64,000 bases of DNA from Candidatus Gottesmanbacteria bacterium (GTDB taxonomy: Bacteria > Patescibacteriota > Microgenomatia > UBA10105 > UBA927), in contig OY969569.1 in the NCBI GenBank assembly GCA_963701185.1, forward strand, positions 34,865 to 98,864. Direction: 5' to 3'. The notes under the pieces are model-generated. The model ran no database searches and was not told where the DNA came from. It was given only the letters and a program-made list of their open reading frames with translations. The first letter of the stretch is position 1. The number at the start of each line of letters is the position of its first letter. This document shows positions 19,582 through 28,866 of this stretch, piece after piece. A program made the position numbers and the translations under genes.

Positions 19582-20531
19582 ACAAGACTGACGATTGTTT
19601 TTTTTAGTGTTTCTATACTTTTCTCATCGTAGACAGAACAGGTGAACACGTGTTTCGTACTAAACATTCTTTTTACTTCGTTAATTCGTTCAGGATCCGC
19701 AAGATCGGTTTTGGTTAATACGATATATTCCGGCTTTGCGAGCAGCAGAGGATTAAATTGCTTAAATTCTTCTCTGATAGTTGTATATGCTCCCATCGGA
19801 TCTTCATGGTTGACGTCGATGCAGTGCAGGAGTATTTTCGTTTTCTCTATATGTTTGAGGAAATCAATTCCCAGGCCTTTACCGCGGGACGCCCCTTCGA
19901 TCAGCCCGGGGATATCGGCAATAGGGTGCGTGCCCAACATGCCGACTGTCGGGTCCAGCGTGGTAAAGGGGTAGGCGGCAACTGCGGGACGGGCATTGGT
20001 TAATACGGTTAATAAGCTGCTTTTTCCGGCGTTAGGAAGCCCGATGAGCCCTATTTCCGCAATCAAACGCAGTTCCAGTAAAAGTTCCCGTTCCTGTCCG
20101 GGTTCACCTTTCTCGGCATGTTTCGGGGTTTGGTTGACGGAACTTTTGAAATTGACGTTTCCGCGTCCTCCGCGTCCGCCCTGGGCCGCAAGCACTGGTT
20201 TGCCAATCTCGGTAATTTCTATGGATGCTTTTGTCGCCATATCGGTCACTTTGGTGCCGATGGGGATAAGGACAGATACGTCCTCGGCTTTCCGTCCGTT
20301 CTTTTTTTGTTTGGCACCGTCCCCCCCCCGTTTGGCAATAATGGTTTTGGTATACCGGAATTGCCGCAGGTCGTTGACGTCCGTGGATCCGACAAAGAAG
20401 ATGTTTCCGCCCGCGCCGCCGTTGCCGCCGTCCGGGCCGCCTTTCCGTGTCTGGCCGTTCTGTAGCAGCGACGCCGATCCTGCGCCTCCGCTTCCGGCCT
20501 TAATCTTGAGAGTGATGTTATCAACCAACAT
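19578..20531 (-). CDS. obgE: GTPase ObgE
   Basis: GGPDGGNGG, GLPNAGKS, YPFTTL, DIPGLIEGA. Confidence 0.95.
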   Translation of the reverse strand: MLVDNITLKIKAGSGGAGSASLLQNGQTRKGGPDGGNGGAGGNIFFVGSTDVNDLRQFRYTKTIIAKRGGDGAKQKKNGRKAEDVSVLIPIGTKVTDMATKASIEITEIGKPVLAAQGGRGGRGNVNFKSSVNQTPKHAEKGEPGQERELLLELRLIAEIGLIGLPNAGKSSLLTVLTNARPAVAAYPFTTLDPTVGMLGTHPIADIPGLIEGASRGKGLGIDFLKHIEKTKILLHCIDVNHEDPMGAYTTIREEFKQFNPLLLAKPEYIVLTKTDLADPERINEVKRMFSTKHVFTCSVYDEKSIETLKKTIVSLV

Positions 20532-20588
20532 GCCTGTATTGTAGCACGGTTAGAGTTTGAGGCTGTATTTGGAGTATAATATGGCTAT

Positions 20589-20659
20589 TGCGGGATCGTA
20601 TAATGGTAGTACGCATCCCTCTGGAGGATGTTATCTTGGTTCGAATCCAAGTCCCGCAG
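20589..20659 (+). tRNA. tRNA-Gln(CTG), CCA not encoded
   Basis: Acceptor TGCGGGA/TCCCGCA; anticodon arm CATCC-CTCTGGA-GGATG; T-loop TTCGAAT. Confidence 0.95.
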
Positions 20660-20825
20660 CATGTTCCGGAAAACTCACCTTGTGGGTTTGCCGAAACATA
20701 GTGGATTATGGGTGAGAACCAACTTTTGGTTCGGGAATGAGAAGTCATTATCGCAACAACGATTGCGATAATAGACGGATCATTCATGGAGCCTGAAGGG
20801 CGAACATCATCCAAGTCCCGCAGCA
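20645..20825. mobile_element. Structured mini-element bounded by a 17-bp duplication of the tRNA 3' end
   Basis: ATCCAAGTCCCGCAGCA at 20645-20661 and 20809-20825; internal hairpins. Confidence 0.6.
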
Positions 20826-20852
20826 AAGTCGGAAGAAGAATCAATAATTCGT

Positions 20853-21704
20853 ATGAAAAAATATATAGTCTTAGATTCAAATAATATAGTTTGTTTTTTT
20901 GAGGGTGGATTTTCACTTGCTCAACAAAAGGGGGTGTTTTCTGCTCCAGAAGAAATAATTGTTTTAGAGCATTTATTAACAGTATTAGATAAAAATAAAG
21001 TTAGTTTAATTCTTCCAGAAGTAGTTATTTTGGAATGCGAGCGAATTAAGGAAGAAAAAAAGGAAGATTTAAGCAAACTTTATGCTATTGCCTTAAAAGG
21101 CGTCGATGATGCAAGTATTCCAAATAAAACGATTGCTGCTCACTCAAGAGGAGAAATTAAAAAAACAATGGAGGATCTTTGTGAAGAAGAAAAAGATAAA
21201 ATAGAAATTGCTTGGTCACTATTTAAAAAAATTATCAACAATAAAAATACACACGTAATTGAATTGAATGGAAGTATTTTATTAAGTGCTTATAAAAGAG
21301 GTTTGATGGGTAAAAAACCTTTTGTAATGAGACATTCAAATAGTAAAGATCCAGATTTTAATAATAAGCCCTTACATGATATTCAACCGGATTGTATTCT
21401 TGTAGAGAGCGTGAAGTTTTTTTTGGCGGATAAAAAAGATTATGAGCTTTATTTAGGTACAAATGATAATAACTTTTTTACTTCTAATGAAAAGAAAATT
21501 ATTGATCCAAATATACAAAGAGAACTTATGGTGAAAAAAGCTTATTTAACACTTTCAGATCTACTAAATAAAGTTTTAGGAATAAAAATACCAATAAGGC
21601 AAAAAATTGATAAAGAACAAAACTTAAATGCGTTTCCGTTAATTTCAAAAAGTGCGACAGTTGAAAGTAAAGGCGAAGACGACCCTTTAATTGTTAAAGG
21701 TTAA
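20853..21704 (+). CDS. PIN-like domain protein (DUF4935-like), AT-rich
   Basis: IVLDSN, LPEVVILE, PDCILVES, GTNDNNF acidic pattern. Confidence 0.65.
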   Translation: MKKYIVLDSNNIVCFFEGGFSLAQQKGVFSAPEEIIVLEHLLTVLDKNKVSLILPEVVILECERIKEEKKEDLSKLYAIALKGVDDASIPNKTIAAHSRGEIKKTMEDLCEEEKDKIEIAWSLFKKIINNKNTHVIELNGSILLSAYKRGLMGKKPFVMRHSNSKDPDFNNKPLHDIQPDCILVESVKFFLADKKDYELYLGTNDNNFFTSNEKKIIDPNIQRELMVKKAYLTLSDLLNKVLGIKIPIRQKIDKEQNLNAFPLISKSATVESKGEDDPLIVKG

Positions 21705-21730
21705 GTGATTATCTAAAATTAATATCATAT

Positions 21731-22006
21731 ATGAACACTTTTTTAATATCATTTGAAATATTTGCCCCATCTCTCCCAGTGCAAGAGGGAATACTTATTA
21801 ATGCAATAAAATCTTTCGGTTCTTGGGCCAGGCCAACATCAAAAATATGGTTAATTAAAACCTATTTGACAAGGGAACAGGTTATGGGCAATTTGAGGTC
21901 CCAAGCAGGACCGAACGACAGTATACTTGTGATGTTAGTAAGTAATGATTGGATTGCAATTAATTTGCCAAATGACGTTATCAATTGGATGAAATCAGGA
22001 CTATAA
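21731..22006 (+). CDS. Small Cas2/VapD-like ferredoxin-fold protein
   Basis: FLISFE...AIKSFGSW....KIWLIKT...NDSILV pattern. Confidence 0.55.
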   Translation: MNTFLISFEIFAPSLPVQEGILINAIKSFGSWARPTSKIWLIKTYLTREQVMGNLRSQAGPNDSILVMLVSNDWIAINLPNDVINWMKSGL

Positions 22007-22041
22007 CGATCATAAGGTCCGCAATCGGCCCACTCAGCAGA

Positions 22042-22260
22042 ATGAAACTCGGGAAATATCAGCATTCGAAAACGGGAAGATATTATCAAGTCCTTGGTGT
22101 AGCAAAACACTCCGAAACACTTGAAGAATTTGTGGTGTATAAAGCGTTATACGATAACCCCAAAGGGAAGCTGTGGATACGGCCGTTGAGCATGTTTTTG
22201 GAAAAGGTCTTAATAAAAGGGAAGAAAGTACCGCGTTTCAAGTTTGTGAAAATGGTATAG
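22042..22260 (+). CDS. DUF1653 domain protein
   Basis: GKYQH.K..YQVLGVAKHSETLEEFVVYKALY..LWIRP..MF. Confidence 0.9.
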   Translation: MKLGKYQHSKTGRYYQVLGVAKHSETLEEFVVYKALYDNPKGKLWIRPLSMFLEKVLIKGKKVPRFKFVKMV

Positions 22261-22269
22261 TATATGTAT

Positions 22270-22497
22270 ATGGCGAAAGGAGAAAAAAATATGAAAGATA
22301 TGAAAGATTGTTGCGGTGGGAAGAAAATGACGCCGGCCGTCGGCGGGGGAGCGGTGTATGGATTGGGATGTATCGGGGCGGCGGTGTATTTTATCCAGCA
22401 CGCGGCGAATTTTGGTGACGGAATATTCGGAGTCCTCAAAGCAGTCGTTTGGCCGGCACTGCTTATCTACAAAGTGCTTGGACTGCTAAACATATAA
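22270..22497 (+). CDS. Small membrane protein
   Basis: GAVYGLGCIGAAVYFI..GIFGVLKAVVWPA. Confidence 0.75.
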   Translation: MAKGEKNMKDMKDCCGGKKMTPAVGGGAVYGLGCIGAAVYFIQHAANFGDGIFGVLKAVVWPALLIYKVLGLLNI

Positions 22498-22555
22498 CGT
22501 TCCCTCTATTTGCGTGTTGCAAGGCGGACGTATGTTTAGGTAGAATGCTGTAAAG

Positions 22556-23488
22556 ATGCATGTAGCAATTATCGGAACAGGAAGAGTGGGACAAACCCTC
22601 GCATACACTCTTATTCATGAACCATATATACGTGAGCTGTCGCTGTCCGACATTATTCCGAATGTGACCTGCGCGCTTGCAGAAGAACTCAGACATGCTT
22701 GTGTCGGCACCGGAATACCTATAAAAATCAACGCGTACGAAGACAACCGAAAGATACGGAATGCGGACATTATTATCATTAGTGCCGGTATGCCGCGCTC
22801 TCCGCACATGCAAAGCAGAAATGACTTGACTCACGCAAACGCGCGGATTATTAAATCCATAGCATTAGAGATCGCAGGACAGAACAGGAATGCTACATAT
22901 GTCATGATTACGAACCCCGTTGACGCCATGGCCACGCTATTTACTACGTATTCACGTGCGAAATTTGTCATAAGCACCGGCACGAGCCTGGATACGCTCC
23001 GGTTTAAATCGGAAATAGCAAAATATCTCAACGTTCCCGTTCATAACGTTGAAGGATTTGTTGCCGGAGAACACGGGGAAAGGGCAGTATTTTTATGGTC
23101 GACCGTAAAAGTTTGTCATCTGCCGCTCCCGACGTATTTAAGACAAAAAAAGAAACGGATTCAAAAAGAGAAAATCGAGGATTCCGTTCGCGAGATATCG
23201 AAAATGATTATCCGCGACCTCGGCGGGACCAAATTCGGTCCTGCATCGGCGTTTCGGCAAATTGTTTCCGCGTTGGCGCTACACAACAACGACATAATAA
23301 GTATAGCTACACTGCAGTTACATCGGGATATACCCAAAGCCATTCACACGAGTATCCCGATGCGGATGGGCAAGAAGCTTCGCCATTTTCCGGATCATAC
23401 ATTTACCGAGCAGGAACGGCAGGGCTTAACAGCGGCCGCACGGTCTATTTGGGAAACGTATCAGGAGGCGTTACGCGCTGTGGAATAA
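22556..23488 (+). CDS. mdh: LDH-like malate dehydrogenase
   Basis: GTGRVG, AGMPRSP...SR.DL, TNPVD, LDTLR, GEHG; Arg at the specificity position. Confidence 0.8.
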   Translation: MHVAIIGTGRVGQTLAYTLIHEPYIRELSLSDIIPNVTCALAEELRHACVGTGIPIKINAYEDNRKIRNADIIIISAGMPRSPHMQSRNDLTHANARIIKSIALEIAGQNRNATYVMITNPVDAMATLFTTYSRAKFVISTGTSLDTLRFKSEIAKYLNVPVHNVEGFVAGEHGERAVFLWSTVKVCHLPLPTYLRQKKKRIQKEKIEDSVREISKMIIRDLGGTKFGPASAFRQIVSALALHNNDIISIATLQLHRDIPKAIHTSIPMRMGKKLRHFPDHTFTEQERQGLTAAARSIWETYQEALRAVE

Positions 23489-23521
23489 CGCAAATTGGGT
23501 TGTATACTATTGTCTAATATC

Positions 23522-24196
23522 ATGAAAAAGAACTGGGTGATGGGTCGTGCGAGTATTTTGTTCCTCACGCTTTTTGTCTTTCGCGTTCCTGTATTTGCCC
23601 AAACGGCAACGCCGACACTGACTCCGACGGGATGCTGGGATCCTGCGCCCGGCGGGTCAGTAGAATTGAAAACTGCGTCGCCCTCCGGCGAACACGACAT
23701 CGCGCTTACCTGGACTTCGGCGCTGGACCCTGTTTCCTACTATCTTCTTTCCTACGGCATGGAATCGGGAAAATATATATACGGCAATCCGAATATGGGC
23801 GGGCAGGGGACCACGTCGTATACCGTCGGCGGATTAACAAAAGGAAAAACCTATTATTTCGCCGTCCGGGCGGGGAACGGCTGTACCCCGGGTACGTTTT
23901 CCAACGAACTTTCAGCGGTTGCGGGAGAAACTCCTACCCCTACGCCTCAGCCAGAGGCTGATCGTCCTCTGGACGACACGCCTACCCCCACCCCGGAGCC
24001 TCCGGCTCCGACTGCGACTCCCACGCCTGTGCCGCAGGTGCTTGCGGCGGAAACATCTTCGACCCCCGGATCGAACTCAGTCATCGGCTACATCATGCTC
24101 GGGGCAACTGCATTCGGGATTCTTCTTGTACTTGTTAGTGGTTTCCTCTTGCTGCGGATGAAGAAGGCTTCCTCCAGCGCTTCCAATTTGCATTGA
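23522..24196 (+). CDS. Fibronectin type III surface protein with C-terminal TM
   Basis: Signal peptide; LTW..Y...YG...YTVGGL..GKTYYFAVRA; PT linker. Confidence 0.85.
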   Translation: MKKNWVMGRASILFLTLFVFRVPVFAQTATPTLTPTGCWDPAPGGSVELKTASPSGEHDIALTWTSALDPVSYYLLSYGMESGKYIYGNPNMGGQGTTSYTVGGLTKGKTYYFAVRAGNGCTPGTFSNELSAVAGETPTPTPQPEADRPLDDTPTPTPEPPAPTATPTPVPQVLAAETSSTPGSNSVIGYIMLGATAFGILLVLVSGFLLLRMKKASSSASNLH

Positions 24197-24659
24197 CATA
24201 TCCCAGGGTTACGATATCGTCGAATATGTCAAACAAATAATGTGTGAGCATTGCGCCGAATAGGATCACACCCGTTTTCCAGTCATAGAAGAAAGACGCA
24301 AGGGATAGAATGATGAGAAATGTCACGAAATAAAAATTGTGAGTAGCAAGATCCGTCTGATATTTGTGTCCGGTTTCCAGAAATTTTGTCAGTATCCGCC
24401 ACTCACGGCCCTTGAAGAAATCTTTAACCTGTTGGGAGTATGTATCTTTTCTGCCGTAGAAAAAAAAGTAGAAAAAATGATCGAGGTCCGGCAGAAGCGA
24501 TCCGACAACGGCAACCGTGATCCAGCGCATGTTAAACTGCTGCCAGATTTCCCTCAGATACCACGCCCACATGAGGCCCAGAAGCACGTGGTAAAATTCG
24601 TGCCTGGCATGCCACATAATAAATCCGAGTCCTTTGAGACGGGCTACCGATCGCCGCAT
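24135..24659 (-). CDS. Membrane-bound metal-dependent hydrolase (YdjM-like)
   Basis: H...H, GSLLPDLDH, THN, HYLFD. Confidence 0.75.
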   Translation of the reverse strand: MRRSVARLKGLGFIMWHARHEFYHVLLGLMWAWYLREIWQQFNMRWITVAVVGSLLPDLDHFFYFFFYGRKDTYSQQVKDFFKGREWRILTKFLETGHKYQTDLATHNFYFVTFLIILSLASFFYDWKTGVILFGAMLTHYLFDIFDDIVTLGYVNANWKRWRKPSSSAARGNH

Positions 24660-24668
24660 AGCATTATC

Positions 24669-25535
24669 CTACTCCAGCGATGGGTTGGAGGCAAGAGAAA
24701 CTCCTAAATATGCAATGCTTGCATAGACAAAACCCAGGAATACGTCAACGACATAATGTTCCCCGAGATACACCACGGCAAACCACACGCCGGCAACATA
24801 GGGGAGCGCGAGGATGGAAAAACCGCGGATTTTTTTCAGCAGAAATATAAAGATAAGCCACGGGTATGCGGCGTGAAGGGACGGGACTGCCGCCACAAGA
24901 TTCGCTCCGAAAAACCGGTAGACGGACGGGACATCAATTGGGTGGGCAAACGATATCATGACCATGTCCATAATTTTCTTCAGCGGCGGGATATACCCGT
25001 CATTACTTGCCATCCACGGCGGCATGGCGGGGAAGATGATGAACGTAAAAAATGCCATGTAGGAAAGGATGAGAAACGCTGCGGTAAATTCCTTAAAAAT
25101 TTTTCTGTCGGATATCCAGAAAACAAACGCAACAACCATCGGGATGATGAAATGAGATATGTAGAGTATCACGGCCATGTAGTCGTACCAATGGAGCGTG
25201 ATGCCGTCAAAGAGCGCGCCCTGGAGTTTGATAGTCGGCAGGAATCCGAACAAAAGCTCATCCGCCCGTATCATCGGCCAGATATGTACGTATTTTGTGA
25301 GAAACGGTACGATACCGCGCAAATATTCGTACCCGAATAAAAGTAAGAGGACCGGTATCCAGTCCCGCAGAAATTGTTTCGTCCGGCCGATGAATATCGT
25401 GGCAAGTATCGCAAATGCGAAAAACTGGTCCGGAGACAGCCACGCGCGGTGCCAGATCATATAGCTACTGACCGCAAGAATATAGACAATCGGGATACTA
25501 TACATCAGTTTGTTGTAAAACTGCGATTTGTTCAT
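24669..25535 (-). CDS. PAP2/Aur1-like (inositol phosphorylceramide synthase-like) membrane enzyme
   Basis: FPAMPPW, AAVPSLHAAYP, VYLGEHYVVD. Confidence 0.85.
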   Translation of the reverse strand: MNKSQFYNKLMYSIPIVYILAVSSYMIWHRAWLSPDQFFAFAILATIFIGRTKQFLRDWIPVLLLLFGYEYLRGIVPFLTKYVHIWPMIRADELLFGFLPTIKLQGALFDGITLHWYDYMAVILYISHFIIPMVVAFVFWISDRKIFKEFTAAFLILSYMAFFTFIIFPAMPPWMASNDGYIPPLKKIMDMVMISFAHPIDVPSVYRFFGANLVAAVPSLHAAYPWLIFIFLLKKIRGFSILALPYVAGVWFAVVYLGEHYVVDVFLGFVYASIAYLGVSLASNPSLE

Positions 25536-25605
25536 AAACGATTGGGTTATTATATAGAGTTTATCCGATATTTCAAAGTGGACCGGTGTAGTATAATTAC
25601 ACCAT

Positions 25606-26022
25606 ATGAAAGCAGAAAATTTTTCACTTCACGATCAAAATAATACCACTCATACATTAAAACAGTATCAGGGAAGTTGGGTGGTCCTGTATTTTTATCC
25701 TAAAGACGATACGCCGGGCTGTACGATCGAGGCATGCACGTTCCGCGACTCGCTTGCAGAGCTTCAAAAACGCGGCGTAGTCATCTTGGGTGTGTCCAAG
25801 GATTCCGTGGCGTCCCACAAAAAGTTTGCCGAAAAATATCATCTGAATTTTCCGATATTAAGCGACGAATCAAAGGAAGTAATTAAGGCGTATGATGCAC
25901 AGGGGCCGCTCGGCACGCGGCGCATGACCTATCTTATTGATCCGAAAGGTGAAATAACAAAGGTCTATAAGAATGTCAATCCCACCATCCACGCGGGAGA
26001 GATACTCCGGGATCTGCAATAA
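25606..26022 (+). CDS. bcp: Peroxiredoxin Bcp
   Basis: YFYPKDDTPGCTIEAC. Confidence 0.92.
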   Translation: MKAENFSLHDQNNTTHTLKQYQGSWVVLYFYPKDDTPGCTIEACTFRDSLAELQKRGVVILGVSKDSVASHKKFAEKYHLNFPILSDESKEVIKAYDAQGPLGTRRMTYLIDPKGEITKVYKNVNPTIHAGEILRDLQ

Positions 26023-26048
26023 CTGATGTATAATAAATATTCTTCAGT

Positions 26049-26850
26049 ATGAATGACACGATTATATCCGTTTCGCATCTAACGAAAAACTATAATGATT
26101 TTACGGCGGTTAACGATATTTCATTTTCCGTTGCAAAAGGGGAAATTGTCGCGTTTTTAGGGCCAAACGGAGCCGGAAAGACAACGACGATTAAAATGCT
26201 TACCACCTTGCTTGCCCCCACCACAGGATCGGTGCATCTGAGCGGCAGAGATGTCATTACGCATCAGGAAGACGCGCGGCGGACGTTCGGGATCGTATTC
26301 CAGGATCCGAGTCTGGATGACGAGCTTACCGCATGGGAGAATCTGGAATTCCACGGCGTCCTGTACAACGTCGCCAAACAACTGCGGCGGACAAGGATTG
26401 AGGAGCTCATGAAGTTTGTGGAATTGTGGGACCGGAAAAACGCATTGGTCAAGACGTTTTCCGGCGGCATGAAAAGGAGACTCGAAATTGCACGCGGGCT
26501 TCTGCATCATCCCGAGAATATTTTTTCTTGATGAGCCGACCATCGGCCTGGACCCGCAAACGAGAAATCACATGTGGAACTACGTCATTAATTTAAATAA
26601 AAAAGAACAGATTACCATATTTTTTACCACCCACTATATCGAAGAGGCGGAAAAAGTTGCGGCGCGCATTATCGTCATCGACCACGGAAAGATCGTGGCA
26701 AGCGGGACGCCCGACGAGCTCAAAAAGAAAACAAAAACAACAACGCTGGAAGAAGCGTTCCTTAAATATACAGGTCATGCCATCCGGGACGAGTCCGCCT
26801 CATCGGCGGATATGCTGCGGGCTCATCGAAGAATGTGGAGGAGAGGATGA
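26049..26850 (+). pseudogene. ABC transporter ATP-binding protein split by a frameshift (pseudogene or sequencing error)
   Basis: GPNGAGKT and FSGGMKRR in one frame; FLDEPT and TTHY in the +1 frame; one extra base near 26511-26526. Confidence 0.8.
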
Positions 26851-27593
26851 ATACAATATATATACTTTGGTTACGACAGTTAAAACGGTATTTCCGCAGC
26901 CGTTCCCGGATCATCGGGTCTTTGGGTCAGCCGATTCTATTTCTTGTTGCCTTGGGGTTCGGACTCGGGCCGGTTTTTCAGAAAGCCGGACAGGGCAACT
27001 ATATCCAGTTCCTCGTGCCGGGGATTGTCGCCATGAGCGTCCTTTTCACTGCCGTATTTTCCGGTATAGAAATTATCTGGGATCGACAGTTTGGTTTTCT
27101 TAAGGAAACGTTGGTTGCTCCCGTATCCCGGTTTGAAATTATGATCGGCAGGACGCTGGGAGGGGCGACCGTTGCCATGATTCAGGGGGTCATCGTGTTT
27201 GCACTTTCATTTTTTGTCGGATTCCGCCCGACGGGCTGGGGGGAAATAGGGCTCGCATTCGTTTTTATGGCGCTTACCGCGATGCTGTTTACGGCACTGG
27301 GGACGGCGATTGCGTCGGTATTGGAGGATATGCAGGGGTTTCAGCTCATTATGAACTTTCTTATCATGCCGCTTTTTTTCCTCTCCGGCGCTCTGTTTCC
27401 TCTGGATAATTTGCCCGGGGTACTCAGGATTGTTGTTGCCGTAGATCCGTTATCCTACGGGGTAGACGGCATGCGCGGGGCGCTGGAAGGCGTGTCCCAT
27501 TTCGGGCTCGGCACGGATTTCGGGGTACTTGCCGTTATGACGCTCGTCATTCTTGCCATCGGGAGCTATCTGTTTTCGAAAATTCAATTGTAA
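26847..27593 (+). CDS. ABC-2 type permease
   Basis: FLVPGI, DRQFGFLKETLVAP, FLSGALFP. Confidence 0.92.
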   Translation: MNTIYILWLRQLKRYFRSRSRIIGSLGQPILFLVALGFGLGPVFQKAGQGNYIQFLVPGIVAMSVLFTAVFSGIEIIWDRQFGFLKETLVAPVSRFEIMIGRTLGGATVAMIQGVIVFALSFFVGFRPTGWGEIGLAFVFMALTAMLFTALGTAIASVLEDMQGFQLIMNFLIMPLFFLSGALFPLDNLPGVLRIVVAVDPLSYGVDGMRGALEGVSHFGLGTDFGVLAVMTLVILAIGSYLFSKIQL

Positions 27594-27594
27594 C

Positions 27595-28134
27595 GTGAAA
27601 CAATATTTGTTAGTTGTTGCTATACTTATCGTAGGACTTCTCTATGTCGTCCGGCCGTATTTTTTTCAAAAAAAATCTGTGCCCGTTGCCGAGAGTATGA
27701 AACTCACAAGTCCTGCATTTGAAAATTATCAAAAGATCCCCGCTCTTTTTACCTGTGACGGCACGAAGAGACACCCGCCGCTTTCGGTATCCGGCGTTCC
27801 CGCAGGGGCAAAATCACTGGCGATCATTGTGGATGACCCCGACGCTCCATCGGGGATATTTACTCACTGGGTTATTTGGAATATCGATCCGTTAACAAAA
27901 GAAATTGCGGAAGGGTCTGTGCCGGAGAAATCGCAGGAGGGGACTAATTCATCAGGTGAAACAGGCTATACGCCGCCGTGTCCTCCCTCCGGTCAGCACA
28001 GGTATTTTTTTACGCTGTATGCCCTGGACGCGAAGCTGGGATTGGACGGGAAAGCGATGAAGGCGGATGTGGAGAAATCCATAGCCGGCCACGTGATGGC
28101 GCAGTCCCTTCTGGTAGGCGTGTATGGTCGGTAG
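27595..28134 (+). CDS. YbhB/YbcL (PEBP) family protein
   Basis: DDPDAP..FTHWVIWNI, PPCPP.G.HRYFF. Confidence 0.9.
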   Translation: MKQYLLVVAILIVGLLYVVRPYFFQKKSVPVAESMKLTSPAFENYQKIPALFTCDGTKRHPPLSVSGVPAGAKSLAIIVDDPDAPSGIFTHWVIWNIDPLTKEIAEGSVPEKSQEGTNSSGETGYTPPCPPSGQHRYFFTLYALDAKLGLDGKAMKADVEKSIAGHVMAQSLLVGVYGR

Positions 28135-28155
28135 GATTGTGGTACTATTGCACTC

Positions 28156-28866
28156 ATGAAACGCTTACTTCTGGTTTTTGCCCATCCGGGTGATGAATGT
28201 GTAAGCTGCGGCGGAACCGTTGCAAAATATACGGCCGCAGGGTGGAAAGCAGATCTTCTCTGCGCAACGAACGGAACGGAAGCTGTGAGAAGTGAACTGC
28301 AGAAAGCCGGCATTGCCCTCGGTATCAACTCGATTACGTTTTTGGGATACCAGGAGGGAACACTATCGGCCATTCCGCCGGGAGAACTGGAAGATACCGT
28401 GTACAAAAAAATGGAAGAATTGGTGCCGGACGCCGTTGTTACCATGGATACGACGGGGATCAATAACGATCCCGATCATGTGAGAATGTGTTTTGTGGCG
28501 ACCTACGCATTCCAGAAATATGCGGCGTGGATTGAAGAACGTCTGAAGGATCAGGAACAGTCCGCTCAAATGTTTCCCAAACTGTATTATGCGTGTCTGC
28601 CCGAGTCCGTCGCGGACTATTTAAAGAAAAAGAAAACTCTGCTGGCAGAATCGTTCGGCAAGCCCTGGCAGGGGACAGCAGATAAAAATATTACCACGGT
28701 GATAAATATTATGAAGTCCGCTGCTGATAAAAAGAAAGCGCTGACATGGATCTCATCGGACATGCAATTCCAGCCGCTTTTACACCAGGAATATTTTTAC
28801 CTGCGGATGCAGGGCACCACGGAAGTTTTTATGGGGAAAAATGACCATGTCGCTAACCATCTCTAA
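28156..28866 (+). CDS. PIG-L family deacetylase-like protein
   Basis: FAHPGDE..GGT, DPDH (degenerate metal motifs). Confidence 0.75.
   Translation: MKRLLLVFAHPGDECVSCGGTVAKYTAAGWKADLLCATNGTEAVRSELQKAGIALGINSITFLGYQEGTLSAIPPGELEDTVYKKMEELVPDAVVTMDTTGINNDPDHVRMCFVATYAFQKYAAWIEERLKDQEQSAQMFPKLYYACLPESVADYLKKKKTLLAESFGKPWQGTADKNITTVINIMKSAADKKKALTWISSDMQFQPLLHQEYFYLRMQGTTEVFMGKNDHVANHL

Noticed and set aside
20521-20916. 131-aa minus-strand ORF
   Set aside because: Antisense to tRNA-Gln and the structured element; no protein-like features.
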